Assembly: GCA_027334715.1 (NCBI GenBank)
Contig: DAHWUG010000003.1
Span: 9,485-73,484, forward strand
Origin: Nanobdellota archaeon
GTDB taxonomy: Archaea; Nanobdellota; Nanobdellia; Pacearchaeales; GW2011-AR1
Direction of reading: 5' to 3'
DNA length: 64,000 bases
Shown: in pieces, positions 37,271-47,305 of the stretch
Layout of the letters: each line of letters starts with the position of its first letter
Numbering within the stretch: position 1 is the stretch's first letter
Program-made: the position numbers and the translations under genes
The notes under the pieces: model-generated
Told to the model about the DNA's origin: nothing
The model's database searches: none
The model's input: only the letters and a program-made list of their open reading frames with translations

Positions 37271-37897
37271 TTATTTTTTATGATTATTCTTTCTGTTTTT
37301 ATTTATGTAATAAGCTAAGAATGTTATAAACGCAACAATCAAGATAACTGCTGTTACAATCTTAAGGAAAGAAGGAACAGCACTGCCAAAGAAATAACCA
37401 GTAGCTATTAGGAATAATGTGTAAATTCCTGCGCCTATTGCGGTGTATGATATGAATTTGAGTACCTTCATCCTTGAAAATCCTGCAGGCAGGGAAATCA
37501 GATGTCTTATAACCGGAATAAGCCTGCTTGTGAAAATCGTGATTCCCCCATAATTCTTAAAATAATTTTCTGTAATGTCCAGATGACCTTTGTTTATGAA
37601 GAAGATTTTTCCGTATTTTCCAACAAGATGATCAAATGTTTTTCTGCCTAGAAAAAGGGCTATTGCATAGCATAGCAAAGAGCCAATGATACTGCCCAAA
37701 ACCCCTATCCCAAAGACAAGAAAAAAATTCATTTTTCCTTGTGCAACAAGAGCCCCTGCAGGAATAAGAATAAGCTCGCTTGGCAAAGGAATTATGGAGC
37801 TTTCAATTGCCATGCCAACAAAAATCCCAAGATATCCCATGCTGTTCACAAAGGCGAGAATAGCATTTACAATCTGGGAAATAAAATTAAAGACCAT
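37271..37897 (-). CDS. DedA family membrane protein
   Basis: ESSIIPLPSELIL, SRLIPVIRHLISLPAG. Confidence 0.93.
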   Translation of the reverse strand: MVFNFISQIVNAILAFVNSMGYLGIFVGMAIESSIIPLPSELILIPAGALVAQGKMNFFLVFGIGVLGSIIGSLLCYAIALFLGRKTFDHLVGKYGKIFFINKGHLDITENYFKNYGGITIFTSRLIPVIRHLISLPAGFSRMKVLKFISYTAIGAGIYTLFLIATGYFFGSAVPSFLKIVTAVILIVAFITFLAYYINKNRKNNHKK

Positions 37898-37914
37898 TTA
37901 ATTGCCTTTTTTCA

Positions 37915-38463
37915 TTATTTTTTCCTTGATTTTGTTTTTTTGTAAAGAAAAATAATATCATGATAAAATGGTATTTTCTTTATTTTAAATGCCTTGACTT
38001 CTGCAAACCATATTGCAACAACAAAAATTGTGCTTATTGCATACCAGAAGAGAATATGGGTTATATCGAAAAAACTGGAGCCTGAAAAAGCCATTGAAGA
38101 AAGCAAAATTATTCTTAAAATGTTCAAAACAAGGAAGATTCCAAATGCCAGTAACAATATTTTAATCCTTTTTCCGATGGCAATCTCTCTTGTTGATAAG
38201 TTCAAAATAAGAAGCAAGTAGTATGCAGAACCGGCTATGCATGAAGGTATGAGCTCTATTGGGAAGATATTATTCAAGATGATTATATGCCCGCTTGCAA
38301 TTAGGGTATTATAAAAAATACCAAGAATCCAGGACACAGGATAAACTGTTACAGGAGTGAAAATGGTGTAAAAAAGCCACAGATTTGGGATTGCAACAGC
38401 AATAAGAATCAGGTAACGCAGGATCAGATCAAAAATTCCGTTTTTTTCAGTCATAAATAACAA
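37915..38463 (-). CDS. exosortase/archaeosortase-family protein (pacearchaeosortase-like)
   Basis: multi-TM; triad-like Cys (IPSCIAG), Arg (LNILRI) and His (DITH). Confidence 0.8.
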   Translation of the reverse strand: MLFMTEKNGIFDLILRYLILIAVAIPNLWLFYTIFTPVTVYPVSWILGIFYNTLIASGHIIILNNIFPIELIPSCIAGSAYYLLLILNLSTREIAIGKRIKILLLAFGIFLVLNILRIILLSSMAFSGSSFFDITHILFWYAISTIFVVAIWFAEVKAFKIKKIPFYHDIIFLYKKTKSRKK

Positions 38464-38502
38464 AGTGGAAACCTATTTAAATAATTTAACATTATCATCT
38501 AA

Positions 38503-39096
38503 ATGAAGGAAGTTAAGAAAAGAAAAGTTGTTTTCATATGGATTTTGATTGCAACAGTAATATTCCTTAGCTTTTACTTTGACCACAGCATTTCCCAGGT
38601 AGCCGAGAAAATAAGAACAGCTGGCATGACAAATTTCTTCATTGCAATCACCTCGATGATTGCCGTAGTAATAATTTTCATATTTCTTAATGTGATATTT
38701 GCGGAAAGGGATAAAAGAAAATGGCTGATACCATTATGGCTTTCTGCTGCAATTTCTTATGCAATAGCATTCATTCTTAAGATAATAATACAAAGGCAAA
38801 GGCCTTTTGAACTGGGAATTGTAAGCATAGCAAACGGGGTAAAAGAGACTTTTGCTTCATGGGACTTTTCTTTCCCCTCTTCACATGCTATTCTTGTTTT
38901 CGCTGTGCTGCCCTTCATATCAAAGGAATATCCAAAGCTTAAGTATGTCTGGATTGTTTTCGCATGCCTTGTTGCTTTCTCAAGGGTGTATCTTGGAGTT
39001 CATTTCCTCAGCGATGTTATCTCGGGCGCTGTAATTGGCTATCTTGTAGGATTTTTCACGCTGAAATGGTGGGAAGAAAAATTCAAAATAATCTGA
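38503..39096 (+). CDS. PAP2-family membrane phosphatase
   Basis: KxxxxRxRP, SFPSSH, SRVYLGVHFLSDV. Confidence 0.93.
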   Translation: MKEVKKRKVVFIWILIATVIFLSFYFDHSISQVAEKIRTAGMTNFFIAITSMIAVVIIFIFLNVIFAERDKRKWLIPLWLSAAISYAIAFILKIIIQRQRPFELGIVSIANGVKETFASWDFSFPSSHAILVFAVLPFISKEYPKLKYVWIVFACLVAFSRVYLGVHFLSDVISGAVIGYLVGFFTLKWWEEKFKII

Positions 39097-39222
39097 ATTC
39101 AATGTTAATAAGAAGTACAAGAATAAGTTCTATTTAAACTAAAGCATACAACATAGATAAGAGGTTATAGTTTAAAGTTAAGCAGATTATAATTTATAAA
39201 ATAGAATAGTTAAAACTTACAC

Positions 39223-40953
39223 TTACTTTCTTCTTCCTGATCTGACTGCAATAATTATTATTGCTATTATAAGGATTAAAATCAATATTCCTAATGCCCA
39301 AACCAGTGCATTGGTTGAGTTTATTCCAAGGAATCCGTTCTGTGCTTGGATGTTGACTGATACAGGCTGGCTTATTGTCTGTGTGCCTGATGCCAAGTCA
39401 AGTGAATAACTCTCTGTTCCCGAGGCGTTATTGTTTACATTAAATGTTGTTATGACATCATATGACTGACCCGGAGTAAGGGTTATTGTGCCCTGATTTA
39501 CAGATGCTGAAGATGCCCATGTTTCATATCCTGAAACCTGAACAGTGTAAGTTCTCTGATTTGTTCCTGTGTTTGTTATTGTTGTCTTTACCTGCATAGG
39601 CTTTCCTGCCTGTCCGCCTGAAAGAATGCTTGCAGATACAGAAACTTGTGATTGAAGAGAACATCCTCCCTGAACTGTGAAAGGTATCAAATATTCTGAA
39701 GGGTGGTCTGTATTGTCTGAGAAGATATTGCCATTTTCATCAAGAACATCTAACTTCATTGAATATGAACCTTCACTGATTGCAGAGGGTACATTAAATG
39801 AAAATGAGAATTTCTTGCTGGTAAGGTCACCGCTTATATCTCCAACTGCAACATTCTTGCTTAATTGCAAAGATGGATCTGAACCAATAATGTCCATTGA
39901 AACAGAGCTCTGGTCGCTGTGTCCTGTATTCCAGAGAGTACCTGTAACCTGGACATTTTCTCCGCATTGGACAGTTGATGGCATGTTAATATTAGTTAAA
40001 GCAACAAAGTCGCTTGTATCTATTGATGCTTTTTTTGTCCCCAGTGCACAAACACTGTTTGAATTTGAATCTTGGCCATATGCAATTGCAACAAAGTAAT
40101 AATGATCTCCTGTTGATAATGTGGAAAAATCAGCATCTATATTGTTGTCAATTGAAAACTGTTGATATAACTGCTTTGTCTTTCCACCTGAAACATCAAC
40201 ACTCTTCAAATTTGAAGGGCTGATTACCCATTGCTGGTTATTTGAATCCCAAATACCCCAGTCAACTTGAACTCCATTAAGATCATTGCTTGAATTCTTG
40301 CTTTTTATATCAACTTCTGTATTGATATTTTCAAATGGAACCCAATGAGTATCATCTCCAACAGTTGTGTTTGCATTTAAAATAGGAAGCCCATTGTTAG
40401 TGAAAATAATTCCATTGACTGCCATCTGGCCCTGGCCAAATAAATTGCAATTAACTGCATTCTGCAAGTCAGAGCTCGTATCTTTTGCAAAGTTAATTGT
40501 AATTTTTATTGGAACAAATGATGAATAAGATTGGGGTGAGCTGGGGGTGTAGTATCCGGTCAAGTTCAATATTCCATTGTAGGTATCCAAAGGTTGATCA
40601 GAAGGTATTGTAAGTGTTAATGAAAAAGAAGTGCTTGTTCCATTAGATAGCATAAAAGGAAAATTAAGGTTAGTTGAAGGTGTTGCTAAAAAAGAGTTTG
40701 ATGTGCCTGTTGCAGAAGTGAAATTTATTGGTGAAATTCCACTTATTGTAAAATTCCCTGTGCCATTCTCCTGAATCTGGAAATTTAAAGTGATTGTGTT
40801 TGCCGTGCCTGTTATTGCAGCATTTGTGTTATCAATTGTAAAAATGTTTGAACTATTTACTAATGTGATTGAGACAGACGCGCTTGCAAAACTCATTACG
40901 AATACCAAGGATAAAATGCTCAATGCAAACAAGCTTAATGTTTTTGAGTTCAT
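39223..40953 (-). CDS. putative S-layer/CARDB-like surface protein with C-terminal TM anchor
   Basis: signal peptide; Ig-like beta repeats (WNTG, TNTG); C-terminal TM followed by RSGRRK. Confidence 0.8.
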   Translation of the reverse strand: MNSKTLSLFALSILSLVFVMSFASASVSITLVNSSNIFTIDNTNAAITGTANTITLNFQIQENGTGNFTISGISPINFTSATGTSNSFLATPSTNLNFPFMLSNGTSTSFSLTLTIPSDQPLDTYNGILNLTGYYTPSSPQSYSSFVPIKITINFAKDTSSDLQNAVNCNLFGQGQMAVNGIIFTNNGLPILNANTTVGDDTHWVPFENINTEVDIKSKNSSNDLNGVQVDWGIWDSNNQQWVISPSNLKSVDVSGGKTKQLYQQFSIDNNIDADFSTLSTGDHYYFVAIAYGQDSNSNSVCALGTKKASIDTSDFVALTNINMPSTVQCGENVQVTGTLWNTGHSDQSSVSMDIIGSDPSLQLSKNVAVGDISGDLTSKKFSFSFNVPSAISEGSYSMKLDVLDENGNIFSDNTDHPSEYLIPFTVQGGCSLQSQVSVSASILSGGQAGKPMQVKTTITNTGTNQRTYTVQVSGYETWASSASVNQGTITLTPGQSYDVITTFNVNNNASGTESYSLDLASGTQTISQPVSVNIQAQNGFLGINSTNALVWALGILILILIIAIIIIAVRSGRRK

Positions 40954-41088
40954 TTTTCTGTAATCATTCTGCAGTTACTATGGTTTATAAACATTTATGT
41001 TTTAGAAAATATAATTTTTTTGTATAATCAAGAAAAAAAAACTGAAAGAATTTATATAGTTAAATGTTTTATTTTATTAACGGTAAAA

Positions 41089-41472
41089 ATGGCAATTAAA
41101 GCTAGAGAAAATTCTGTTGGGGCGTGGGCTTTTTTTATAGGCATTGTTTTGACAATACTTGTCGGAATATTTTCAAGGGAGTCTACAAACTCAGTTATTC
41201 TGGTTGGAATAATGATTTTCGGAGTTATTGTAGGCGCATTTGTCACTGAAAAGAATTCAAGCACTTTTTTGCTTGCATCTGTCGCAACGCTTCTTGCAAG
41301 CTTCGCCGGAATTCAGGGGTTTGCAGCCAATATTTCCTTAAGAGGCGCTGTATTGAGTGGAGTTGGGGTGGGAGCAATACTTGTTTCAATACTCAACGCA
41401 TTGCTTTTCTTCCTTGTTCCTGCAACAATAATTGCTTCCTTGAAGCTTCTTTTCTCAATATCAAAGGTTTAA
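41089..41472 (+). CDS. small four-TM membrane protein
   Basis: GAWAFFIG, FLLASVA, VPATII hydrophobic motifs. Confidence 0.75.
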   Translation: MAIKARENSVGAWAFFIGIVLTILVGIFSRESTNSVILVGIMIFGVIVGAFVTEKNSSTFLLASVATLLASFAGIQGFAANISLRGAVLSGVGVGAILVSILNALLFFLVPATIIASLKLLFSISKV

Positions 41473-41710
41473 ACTTTGAGGTGTCTGTTAATAGGAGCAT
41501 AACAGGGCCTTTTAGATAAAAATTCACCTTATTATTCCATATAAATAGGATAAAAATTTTCTGGTTAGAAATGATTAAATGAATAAGCATAAGTCATATT
41601 AAAATAATAAGTAATACCTTAGCTGGATGAAAAACTTGTTTGGTTAAGTTTATTCAGTCGGGATAATTACAATTACCTGCCCTTTAATAAAAGTTATTCC
41701 TATTTAGAAT

Positions 41711-42115
41711 TTAATCCCAGCGGCTGCCTATGTTTTCCCTGTCTTCCTTTGGCTTTGGCATTGCCTCTTTATGTATCTTTGCGAAAGAAGGAGTTACTAT
41801 TATAACATTCTCTCCGAAACCGGCAATATTGCCTTCCATTGCATCTGTTGTCTTTTTTATCTTAGAAACAGCTCTTTTAAGTTCTATAGGATCTCTTTGT
41901 CTTAGGGTTTTTATGTCTATGACTGCAATCGTGTACCCTTCTCTAAGAGAATTGAGTATTGGATTAACCTCTTCATAGTCTTTAAGTGAAAAAAGCTTGA
42001 CAAAAACCTTCTGGTCGATTTCCTCTTTTCCCAAATCTATCTCAACATAATCCTCGCCTGATGATTCACCACTAAGAGATTTTGAAAATGCTCTTTTTAT
42101 CTTGTCGAAAACCAT
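41711..42115 (-). CDS. sepF: cell division protein SepF
   Basis: LREGYTIAVIDI, LKRAVSKIK, GNIAGFGENVIIVTPS. Confidence 0.88.
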   Translation of the reverse strand: MVFDKIKRAFSKSLSGESSGEDYVEIDLGKEEIDQKVFVKLFSLKDYEEVNPILNSLREGYTIAVIDIKTLRQRDPIELKRAVSKIKKTTDAMEGNIAGFGENVIIVTPSFAKIHKEAMPKPKEDRENIGSRWD

Positions 42116-42180
42116 ATTAAAATTAAATTGTAGATATTTATAAAGATTTCGTAATTATTTTGGATACCTTTTTGCCGTCA

Positions 42181-42498
42181 TTACTTTGTTATTTGTCGTT
42201 GAAGTTCTTCAATTTTTTCTGAAAAAGATTTTTCCTGGCGCTCAAAACTTTTTAATTTAAGGTCAATTATCTTCTCTTTTCTTGAAAGTTCTTCATTCAT
42301 CTCTTTTTTGTCTGTCTTTATCATCATCTGCCCGATTATTTTGTACACTTCATCCCCTGATTTCTCAAGCTCTTTCAAGGCCGCCTGCGTTTCCCTGAGT
42401 TCTATCTGAAAAGCCTGCTTCTGTAGAAATAAATTTTGCATATTTTGCTCTGCAATCTGAAGCTCTTCAATGTTCTTTTCCCTGTCTTTGTCAGCCAT
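42181..42498 (-). CDS. pfdB: prefoldin beta subunit
   Basis: coiled coils flanking VYKIIGQMMIK; position after rpoP. Confidence 0.9.
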   Translation of the reverse strand: MADKDREKNIEELQIAEQNMQNLFLQKQAFQIELRETQAALKELEKSGDEVYKIIGQMMIKTDKKEMNEELSRKEKIIDLKLKSFERQEKSFSEKIEELQRQITK

Positions 42499-42499
42499 T

Positions 42500-42637
42500 T
42501 TAAACAGCTTTCACTCTTTTAACGCGAGTTCTTGGCTTGTAAAAAATCTTGCTTCCGCAATTAGGGCAGACAAATCTTTTTTCAAGATTTGTATTCTGGA
42601 TTTTTTTTCCGCACTTGAAACACTTATATATTGGCAT
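42500..42637 (-). CDS. rpoP: RNA polymerase subunit P (Rpo12)
   Basis: manual translation MPIYKCFKCGKKIQNTNLEKRFVCPNCGSKIFYKPRTRVKRVKAV; L37ae-rpoP-prefoldin order. Confidence 0.9.
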   Translation of the reverse strand: MPIYKCFKCGKKIQNTNLEKRFVCPNCGSKIFYKPRTRVKRVKAV

Positions 42638-42651
42638 TTTATTTTTTGAGA

Positions 42652-42870
42652 TTATTCAAGATAATAAACATCAGATGCAAATTTTTTTCCGCATTTTGCG
42701 CATTGCCAGATTCCTTTTGAAAGCCTTTTGACTCCTGGCTTCCCGCAAAATGGGCATTTCTGCTTTTTTCTTTGTTTGTTCTCTATTGCAACAGTTGAAA
42801 CCCTGACTCTCTTTCCGTATTTTGCACCGAATCTTCCTGCTGACTTAGTTTTTTTTAGTTTTGATGTCAT
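42652..42870 (-). CDS. rpl37ae: 50S ribosomal protein L37ae
   Basis: AGRFGAKYG, CPFC, GIWQCAKCG; start at MTSK. Confidence 0.95.
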   Translation of the reverse strand: MTSKLKKTKSAGRFGAKYGKRVRVSTVAIENKQRKKQKCPFCGKPGVKRLSKGIWQCAKCGKKFASDVYYLE

Positions 42871-42880
42871 TTTAATGAAA

Positions 42881-42953
42881 TGGGGATGCCCGGATTTGAA
42901 CCGGGGTCGCAAGGTCCCAAACCTTGAAGGCTACCAGGCTACCCCACATCCCC
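42881..42953 (-). tRNA. tRNA-Pro(TGG)
   Basis: reverse complement GGGGATG...CATCCCCA; anticodon arm CAAGG-TTTGGGA-CCTTG. Confidence 0.95.
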
Positions 42954-42992
42954 TTGATAAAAAGGGTAGAGGGATATTTATAAACTATTTCC

Positions 42993-43724
42993 TTACTTCT
43001 TTTTCTTTGCTTCTTCAGTTTTTTTCTCTGGCTTTTTTTCTTCTGCTTTAGCTGCTTCTGGCTTTGCTTCTCCTTCCTTTCCGGATACTGTTGCTCCTGC
43101 TGTGGCTCCCGTTTCTGTAGTTGTCCCTGCAGCAGCTTCTGCAGCAGCCTTAGCAGCCTCTTCCTGAAGCCTGATTTTTTCCTGTTCTGCCTGAACTTTA
43201 GCGAAATATTCTGTAATGCTTTTCTTTTTCTCTTCTGACATTTTTGTCCTTTCTTCTGAAATTTCCTTGTCGTATTTTCCATCTTCAATATCCCTTATTA
43301 CATCAACCGGATTTTTGTTTTCTACAATGATTCCGAGAGTTATGCATGTTCCAAGAACGCTCTTAACTGCATTTTTTAAATTCCTGCTTAGCATGTTTGG
43401 CAATTTTGTCTTTGAAACAGATATTATCTGCTCTATAGAAGCATTTGCAACTTTTGTCTTTTTTTGCAATCCCGAGCCTTTTTCAATTCCAAGCTCTTTT
43501 TTGAGCAATTCTGAAACAGGTGGAGAAAATACCTTTATTTCTATGTTCTTTGTTGTGACATCAATTTCTATTTCAACAGGAACTTTCATTCCCTTGAAAT
43601 TCTCAGTTGCCTGATTTACTTTTTGAATAACCTGCTGAATGTTTATCCCTGCTGGACCAAGCTTCTGGCTAAGTGCAGGACCTGGCTGCATGCTTCCACC
43701 ATCAACCAACATTTTAACTTGCAT
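42993..43724 (-). CDS. rpl11: 50S ribosomal protein L11 with extended charged C-terminus
   Basis: PGPALSQKLGPAG, GMKVPV, PPVSELLKKE, GTCITLG. Confidence 0.95.
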   Translation of the reverse strand: MQVKMLVDGGSMQPGPALSQKLGPAGINIQQVIQKVNQATENFKGMKVPVEIEIDVTTKNIEIKVFSPPVSELLKKELGIEKGSGLQKKTKVANASIEQIISVSKTKLPNMLSRNLKNAVKSVLGTCITLGIIVENKNPVDVIRDIEDGKYDKEISEERTKMSEEKKKSITEYFAKVQAEQEKIRLQEEAAKAAAEAAAGTTTETGATAGATVSGKEGEAKPEAAKAEEKKPEKKTEEAKKKK

Positions 43725-43968
43725 TTTTTTGCCCCCTATTTCTAAAATAGTCTGATAATCTTATTGCAATGTAATGATGGTCACCTGAAACTAAGTCACC
43801 AAAACCATCTGTTACCAAAACAGAACCTGTTAAAGCCATCGGTAGAAATTTAGCACTTAAGCCGGTCTTTTGTTCAATTAAACAAGTTAAATAACCGTTA
43901 AAAGCTGCTCTTGCTAAACCAAAGAGTCTATCTTCAACTGGTTTTCTTATACAATCTTCTTCATGCAT
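43714..43968 (-). CDS. hypothetical protein between spt5 and rpl11
   Basis: 84-aa ORF overlapping both neighbours. Confidence 0.55.
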   Translation of the reverse strand: MHEEDCIRKPVEDRLFGLARAAFNGYLTCLIEQKTGLSAKFLPMALTGSVLVTDGFGDLVSGDHHYIAIRLSDYFRNRGQKNAS

Positions 43969-44422
43969 TTTCTTCTTCTCCGTTTTCTTCTCTTCTTACC
44001 ACGCGAACATTGTCAATCTTTATTGTCACGGGCAAAGGAACAACTGCTCCAAGCAAACTGACAACTACTTCTTCTTTCTGTTTATCAATTCTTAAAACTT
44101 TTGCTTTTTCGCCCTTAAGAGTTGAGCCGATTATTTCGACAATATCTCCCTCTTTTATGTCAATATTTTCCACAGAAGGCTCCACCATATTTTTTATTTC
44201 TTCGTAGCCGATTGTTTTTCCTATTATTCCCTTTACATAAGGCAGATTGAAAACAGCTTCCTCTGCGCTTTCCCTGTCCTCTGCTTCAAGAAGAACATAT
44301 CCTCTAAGGCCATGGGGCCTTAAAACAGCATATGAATTAAGGTTCTTTTTCTCAATTCTGTCAGCAATCATGTCAACTGCTTTCTCTTCCTTGTTTGTCG
44401 TGACTTTTATTATGAAAATCAT
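43961..44422 (-). CDS. spt5: transcription elongation factor Spt5/NusG
   Basis: NGN domain (GLRGYVLLEA) and KOW motif (GDIVEIIGSTLKGEKAKV). Confidence 0.95.
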   Translation of the reverse strand: MIFIIKVTTNKEEKAVDMIADRIEKKNLNSYAVLRPHGLRGYVLLEAEDRESAEEAVFNLPYVKGIIGKTIGYEEIKNMVEPSVENIDIKEGDIVEIIGSTLKGEKAKVLRIDKQKEEVVVSLLGAVVPLPVTIKIDNVRVVRREENGEEENA

Positions 44423-44527
44423 TTTTTAATTCAGCTCCGTCTATGTCTTAACTTTTTAAGAAATAGACAATAATTATTAAAGATTTGGGTTTATAAACTT
44501 ATCTGGGAAAGAGAGTGTTAAGTATTC

Positions 44528-44824
44528 GTGGCTCATATAATTGCTGTTAGTGATGAGGGCTTAGATGAGATTACAAATGGGATACTTTTATGCAGAAATC
44601 ATCATAAGGCTTATGACGCTGGGTTATTCGGAATAAACAAGGATTATAATATTATTGTGAATAGAAAAGCAATAAATAAGTTAAGAGATTTTGGTCTTGG
44701 CGGAGAAGCTGATAAATTTGTAAGAGAATTAAAACAAAAAATAAATCTTCCAGATAACCCAGATTTTTACCCAAACAAAGATTACTTAGAGAAAAACTGC
44801 AAGCAGAAAGGAATTAGGCAATAA
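44528..44824 (+). pseudogene. 5'-truncated HNH (restriction) endonuclease
   Basis: AHII...NGILLCRNHHKAYDAG HNH motif begins 17 bp inside the left TIR; no N-terminal domain or promoter. Confidence 0.75.
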
Positions 44825-45709
44825 GTTTTTTCTGTTTTAAATCAAACCTGAATTTAGAGCCTTTAAGATATTCTTCTGAAAGTTCAAATGCTAACCATTT
44901 TCTCCCTAATTTTTCAGCCGCTTCTCCCGTCACGTTGCTGCCTGCGAAAGGGTCAAGCACAATATCGCCTTTATCTGTCAAGAATTTTATAAAAAATTCT
45001 GGTAACTTAAATGGGTATCTTGCTGGGTGAATTTTAATGTTATGCTCATTACACATATTAAGATAATGCGTATTACTTTCCGTATTTGAAAATGTTAAGA
45101 AATTTGGAGGGATTGAACCGCCCCTGTCTAAATTAAAATTCTTTCCTATGTGATGCCCAGAAGGTCTAACTTTTGAACGATAACCTTTTTGCATTATGTA
45201 TTTCATAGCATCGCTGTAAGGCTGTAAAACTTTTGTGTTATTTGCTTTTGGATTAGGAGTTTTTGAAAACCATAAAATATATTCTACTGCATCTTTAACA
45301 CGAATACGTTTAATTGTTACCCACATAGCAGGAGCAGGCAAAGCTGCGGGTTTAGTCCATATAAATTCCTGTGCTAAATGAAAATTAACTTGCTTAACTA
45401 ATTCTACAATCAACTCATACACATACAAGGAACGGGTAGCTGTCCCTTTCTGCCAGCTTCCAGCTATATTCAAAACAAAGCTACCTTCTGGTTTCAGAAC
45501 TCTATAAAATTCTTTAGCAAAGGGCAAAAACCATCTTACATAAACTTCCGCATCTGCGTTTCCATATTCCTTTTTTGCACGCAAGCCATAAGGGGGGAGG
45601 TTACGATTAAGTCAAGTGAATTATCGGGGATGTGCTGAATTAGCTTTAAAGTATCTCCATTAAATGCTTTACCAAAATCAGTTTTATAGTATGGCTTTAC
45701 CCCATTCAT
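44814..45709 (-). pseudogene. frameshifted beta-class N4C/N6A DNA methyltransferase (PvuII-like)
   Basis: DLIVTSP in one frame, (P)YGLRAKKEYG, HPARYP and VLDPFAGS in the next; shift falls in a C6 run (G6 at 45592-45597). Confidence 0.85.
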
Positions 45710-45716
45710 TATCTTA

Positions 45717-45923
45717 CTATTTTTTTGCATTTTTCTTTTCTCCTTTTTTAAAGATTGTTTTTGGTTTTTTCCAATAAGGAGATTTACAAGATGGACAGAT
45801 TTCAGGAATTTCTCCTATATCACGTGGAACCCAAGAATGACCGCAGCGATAACAACGATGTCCCAGAATAAGAACATTAACACCATACGCCTCTTTATTC
45901 ATAACTATACTTCGTTCTGACAT
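45717..45923 (-). CDS. small zinc-ribbon protein
   Basis: CYRCGHSW...CPSCKSPYW. Confidence 0.75.
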   Translation of the reverse strand: MSERSIVMNKEAYGVNVLILGHRCYRCGHSWVPRDIGEIPEICPSCKSPYWKKPKTIFKKGEKKNAKK

Positions 45924-46004
45924 TTTAAATATTTACCTACGTTTTCAACACATCCTTTATATATAAACCTTTTGTTGTATATAGGATTAAACATACATAA
46001 AAGA

Positions 46005-46063
46005 GAGTATACCTAATTAGTATACTCCATCACCATAATGCTTATATACCTACTTGGTATATA
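46005..46063. promoter_or_regulatory. two operator-like palindromes in the divergent promoter region
   Basis: GAGTATAC-N7-GTATACTC (46005-46027) and TATATACC-N5-GGTATATA (46043-46063). Confidence 0.5.
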
Positions 46064-46069
46064 GAATAT

Positions 46070-47305
46070 ATGGAAAACACACAGATTAAGCAGTTCTCAA
46101 ACACAAGAGAACAAAGGGCTAAAGAAATCCTACAAATAGGAAGCCCTGTCATAGTTGATGAGAATACTTACTTAGTCCCTTCTCAATTTGACAGCAATAA
46201 GAAATATCAGGTTACACACTTTGATAGTTATTCCTGTTCTTGTAAGGATTTTGAAGTCAGATGTAAAGGAAAAGGACTTTATTGTAAGCACATAAAAGCT
46301 ATTATTCTATTTGAAAGCATTAAACAAAAATATGAAGTTAAGCCAGAAGTAGAAAAAGAAATAGAATTAATCATAGACACACCACAAAAAGATGTATGCC
46401 CTTATTGTTCTAATGAAAATATCTTTAAGAGAGGACAGAGAAAAACAAAGCTGGGAATAAAACAGCTTTATTGCTGTAAGAATTGTAAGAAAAGATTTGT
46501 ATTAAGCCCAATAAAGAACATCAAAGGAAATGCTAAGTTAGTTTGTTTAGCTATGGATTGCTACTATAAAGGATTAAGTTACAGAGATATTTCAGACCAA
46601 TTCTCACAATTCTATGGATTAAAGATTTCTCACGTTACGATAAGAGAATGGGTTTTGAGATTTTCAGAAGTTATGGAAAAATACTCTGAAACAATAAAGC
46701 CACAAATAAAAGGAGTTTGGAACGCAGACGAAACTCTTGTTTTAACAAAGCGTGGAAAAGACAAGAAAAACCAAATGGCTAACTATGATTATGTTTGGAA
46801 TGTTATGGACAATAAAAGCAAATTCCTTTTAGCTTCTGAATGTTCAGGGCGTTCAAGAAATTCAAAAGATGCACAGCACGTTTTCAAAGAAGCATTAAAC
46901 CAGAACGGAAAAATCCCATTTCAGATAATAGTTGATGGTTACAGGGGTTATGAAGATGGCTGTCGTAAGACTTTCAGAAATTGGGCTGGAGAAAGAAAGG
47001 TTAAATTTACATCAATTAAAGGGCATAGAAAAGAGATAAACAATAACGCCATAGAAAGTCATCATAGCCATCAAAAAGAATTTCACAAGATAAGGAGAGG
47101 AGTTACAAAAGTTCAGGAATATCAAGATGGCTTTAAGGTATTCCATAATTTCGTAAGAAAATCAGCAAGAAAGGGCTTAACTCCTGCGGATAAGGTTGGA
47201 ATAGGAGTTAATGGAAACAGATGGAATACTATGCTATTAAATTCAATTAAACAGCAAAAAGCCACACAATTAACAGGAGAAGAAAATATGATTGAAAGCC
47301 ATTAA
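46070..47305 (+). CDS. IS6-like DDE transposase with SWIM and Zn-ribbon domains
   Basis: CSCKDF...CKH SWIM; CPYC...CKNC; WNADET, IVDG, NNAIES DDE triad; TPA motif. Confidence 0.9.
   Translation: MENTQIKQFSNTREQRAKEILQIGSPVIVDENTYLVPSQFDSNKKYQVTHFDSYSCSCKDFEVRCKGKGLYCKHIKAIILFESIKQKYEVKPEVEKEIELIIDTPQKDVCPYCSNENIFKRGQRKTKLGIKQLYCCKNCKKRFVLSPIKNIKGNAKLVCLAMDCYYKGLSYRDISDQFSQFYGLKISHVTIREWVLRFSEVMEKYSETIKPQIKGVWNADETLVLTKRGKDKKNQMANYDYVWNVMDNKSKFLLASECSGRSRNSKDAQHVFKEALNQNGKIPFQIIVDGYRGYEDGCRKTFRNWAGERKVKFTSIKGHRKEINNNAIESHHSHQKEFHKIRRGVTKVQEYQDGFKVFHNFVRKSARKGLTPADKVGIGVNGNRWNTMLLNSIKQQKATQLTGEENMIESH

Noticed and set aside
42871-42912. N-terminal extension of the L37ae ORF in the ORF track
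   Set aside because: Overlaps tRNA-Pro; the real start is the ATG at 42870
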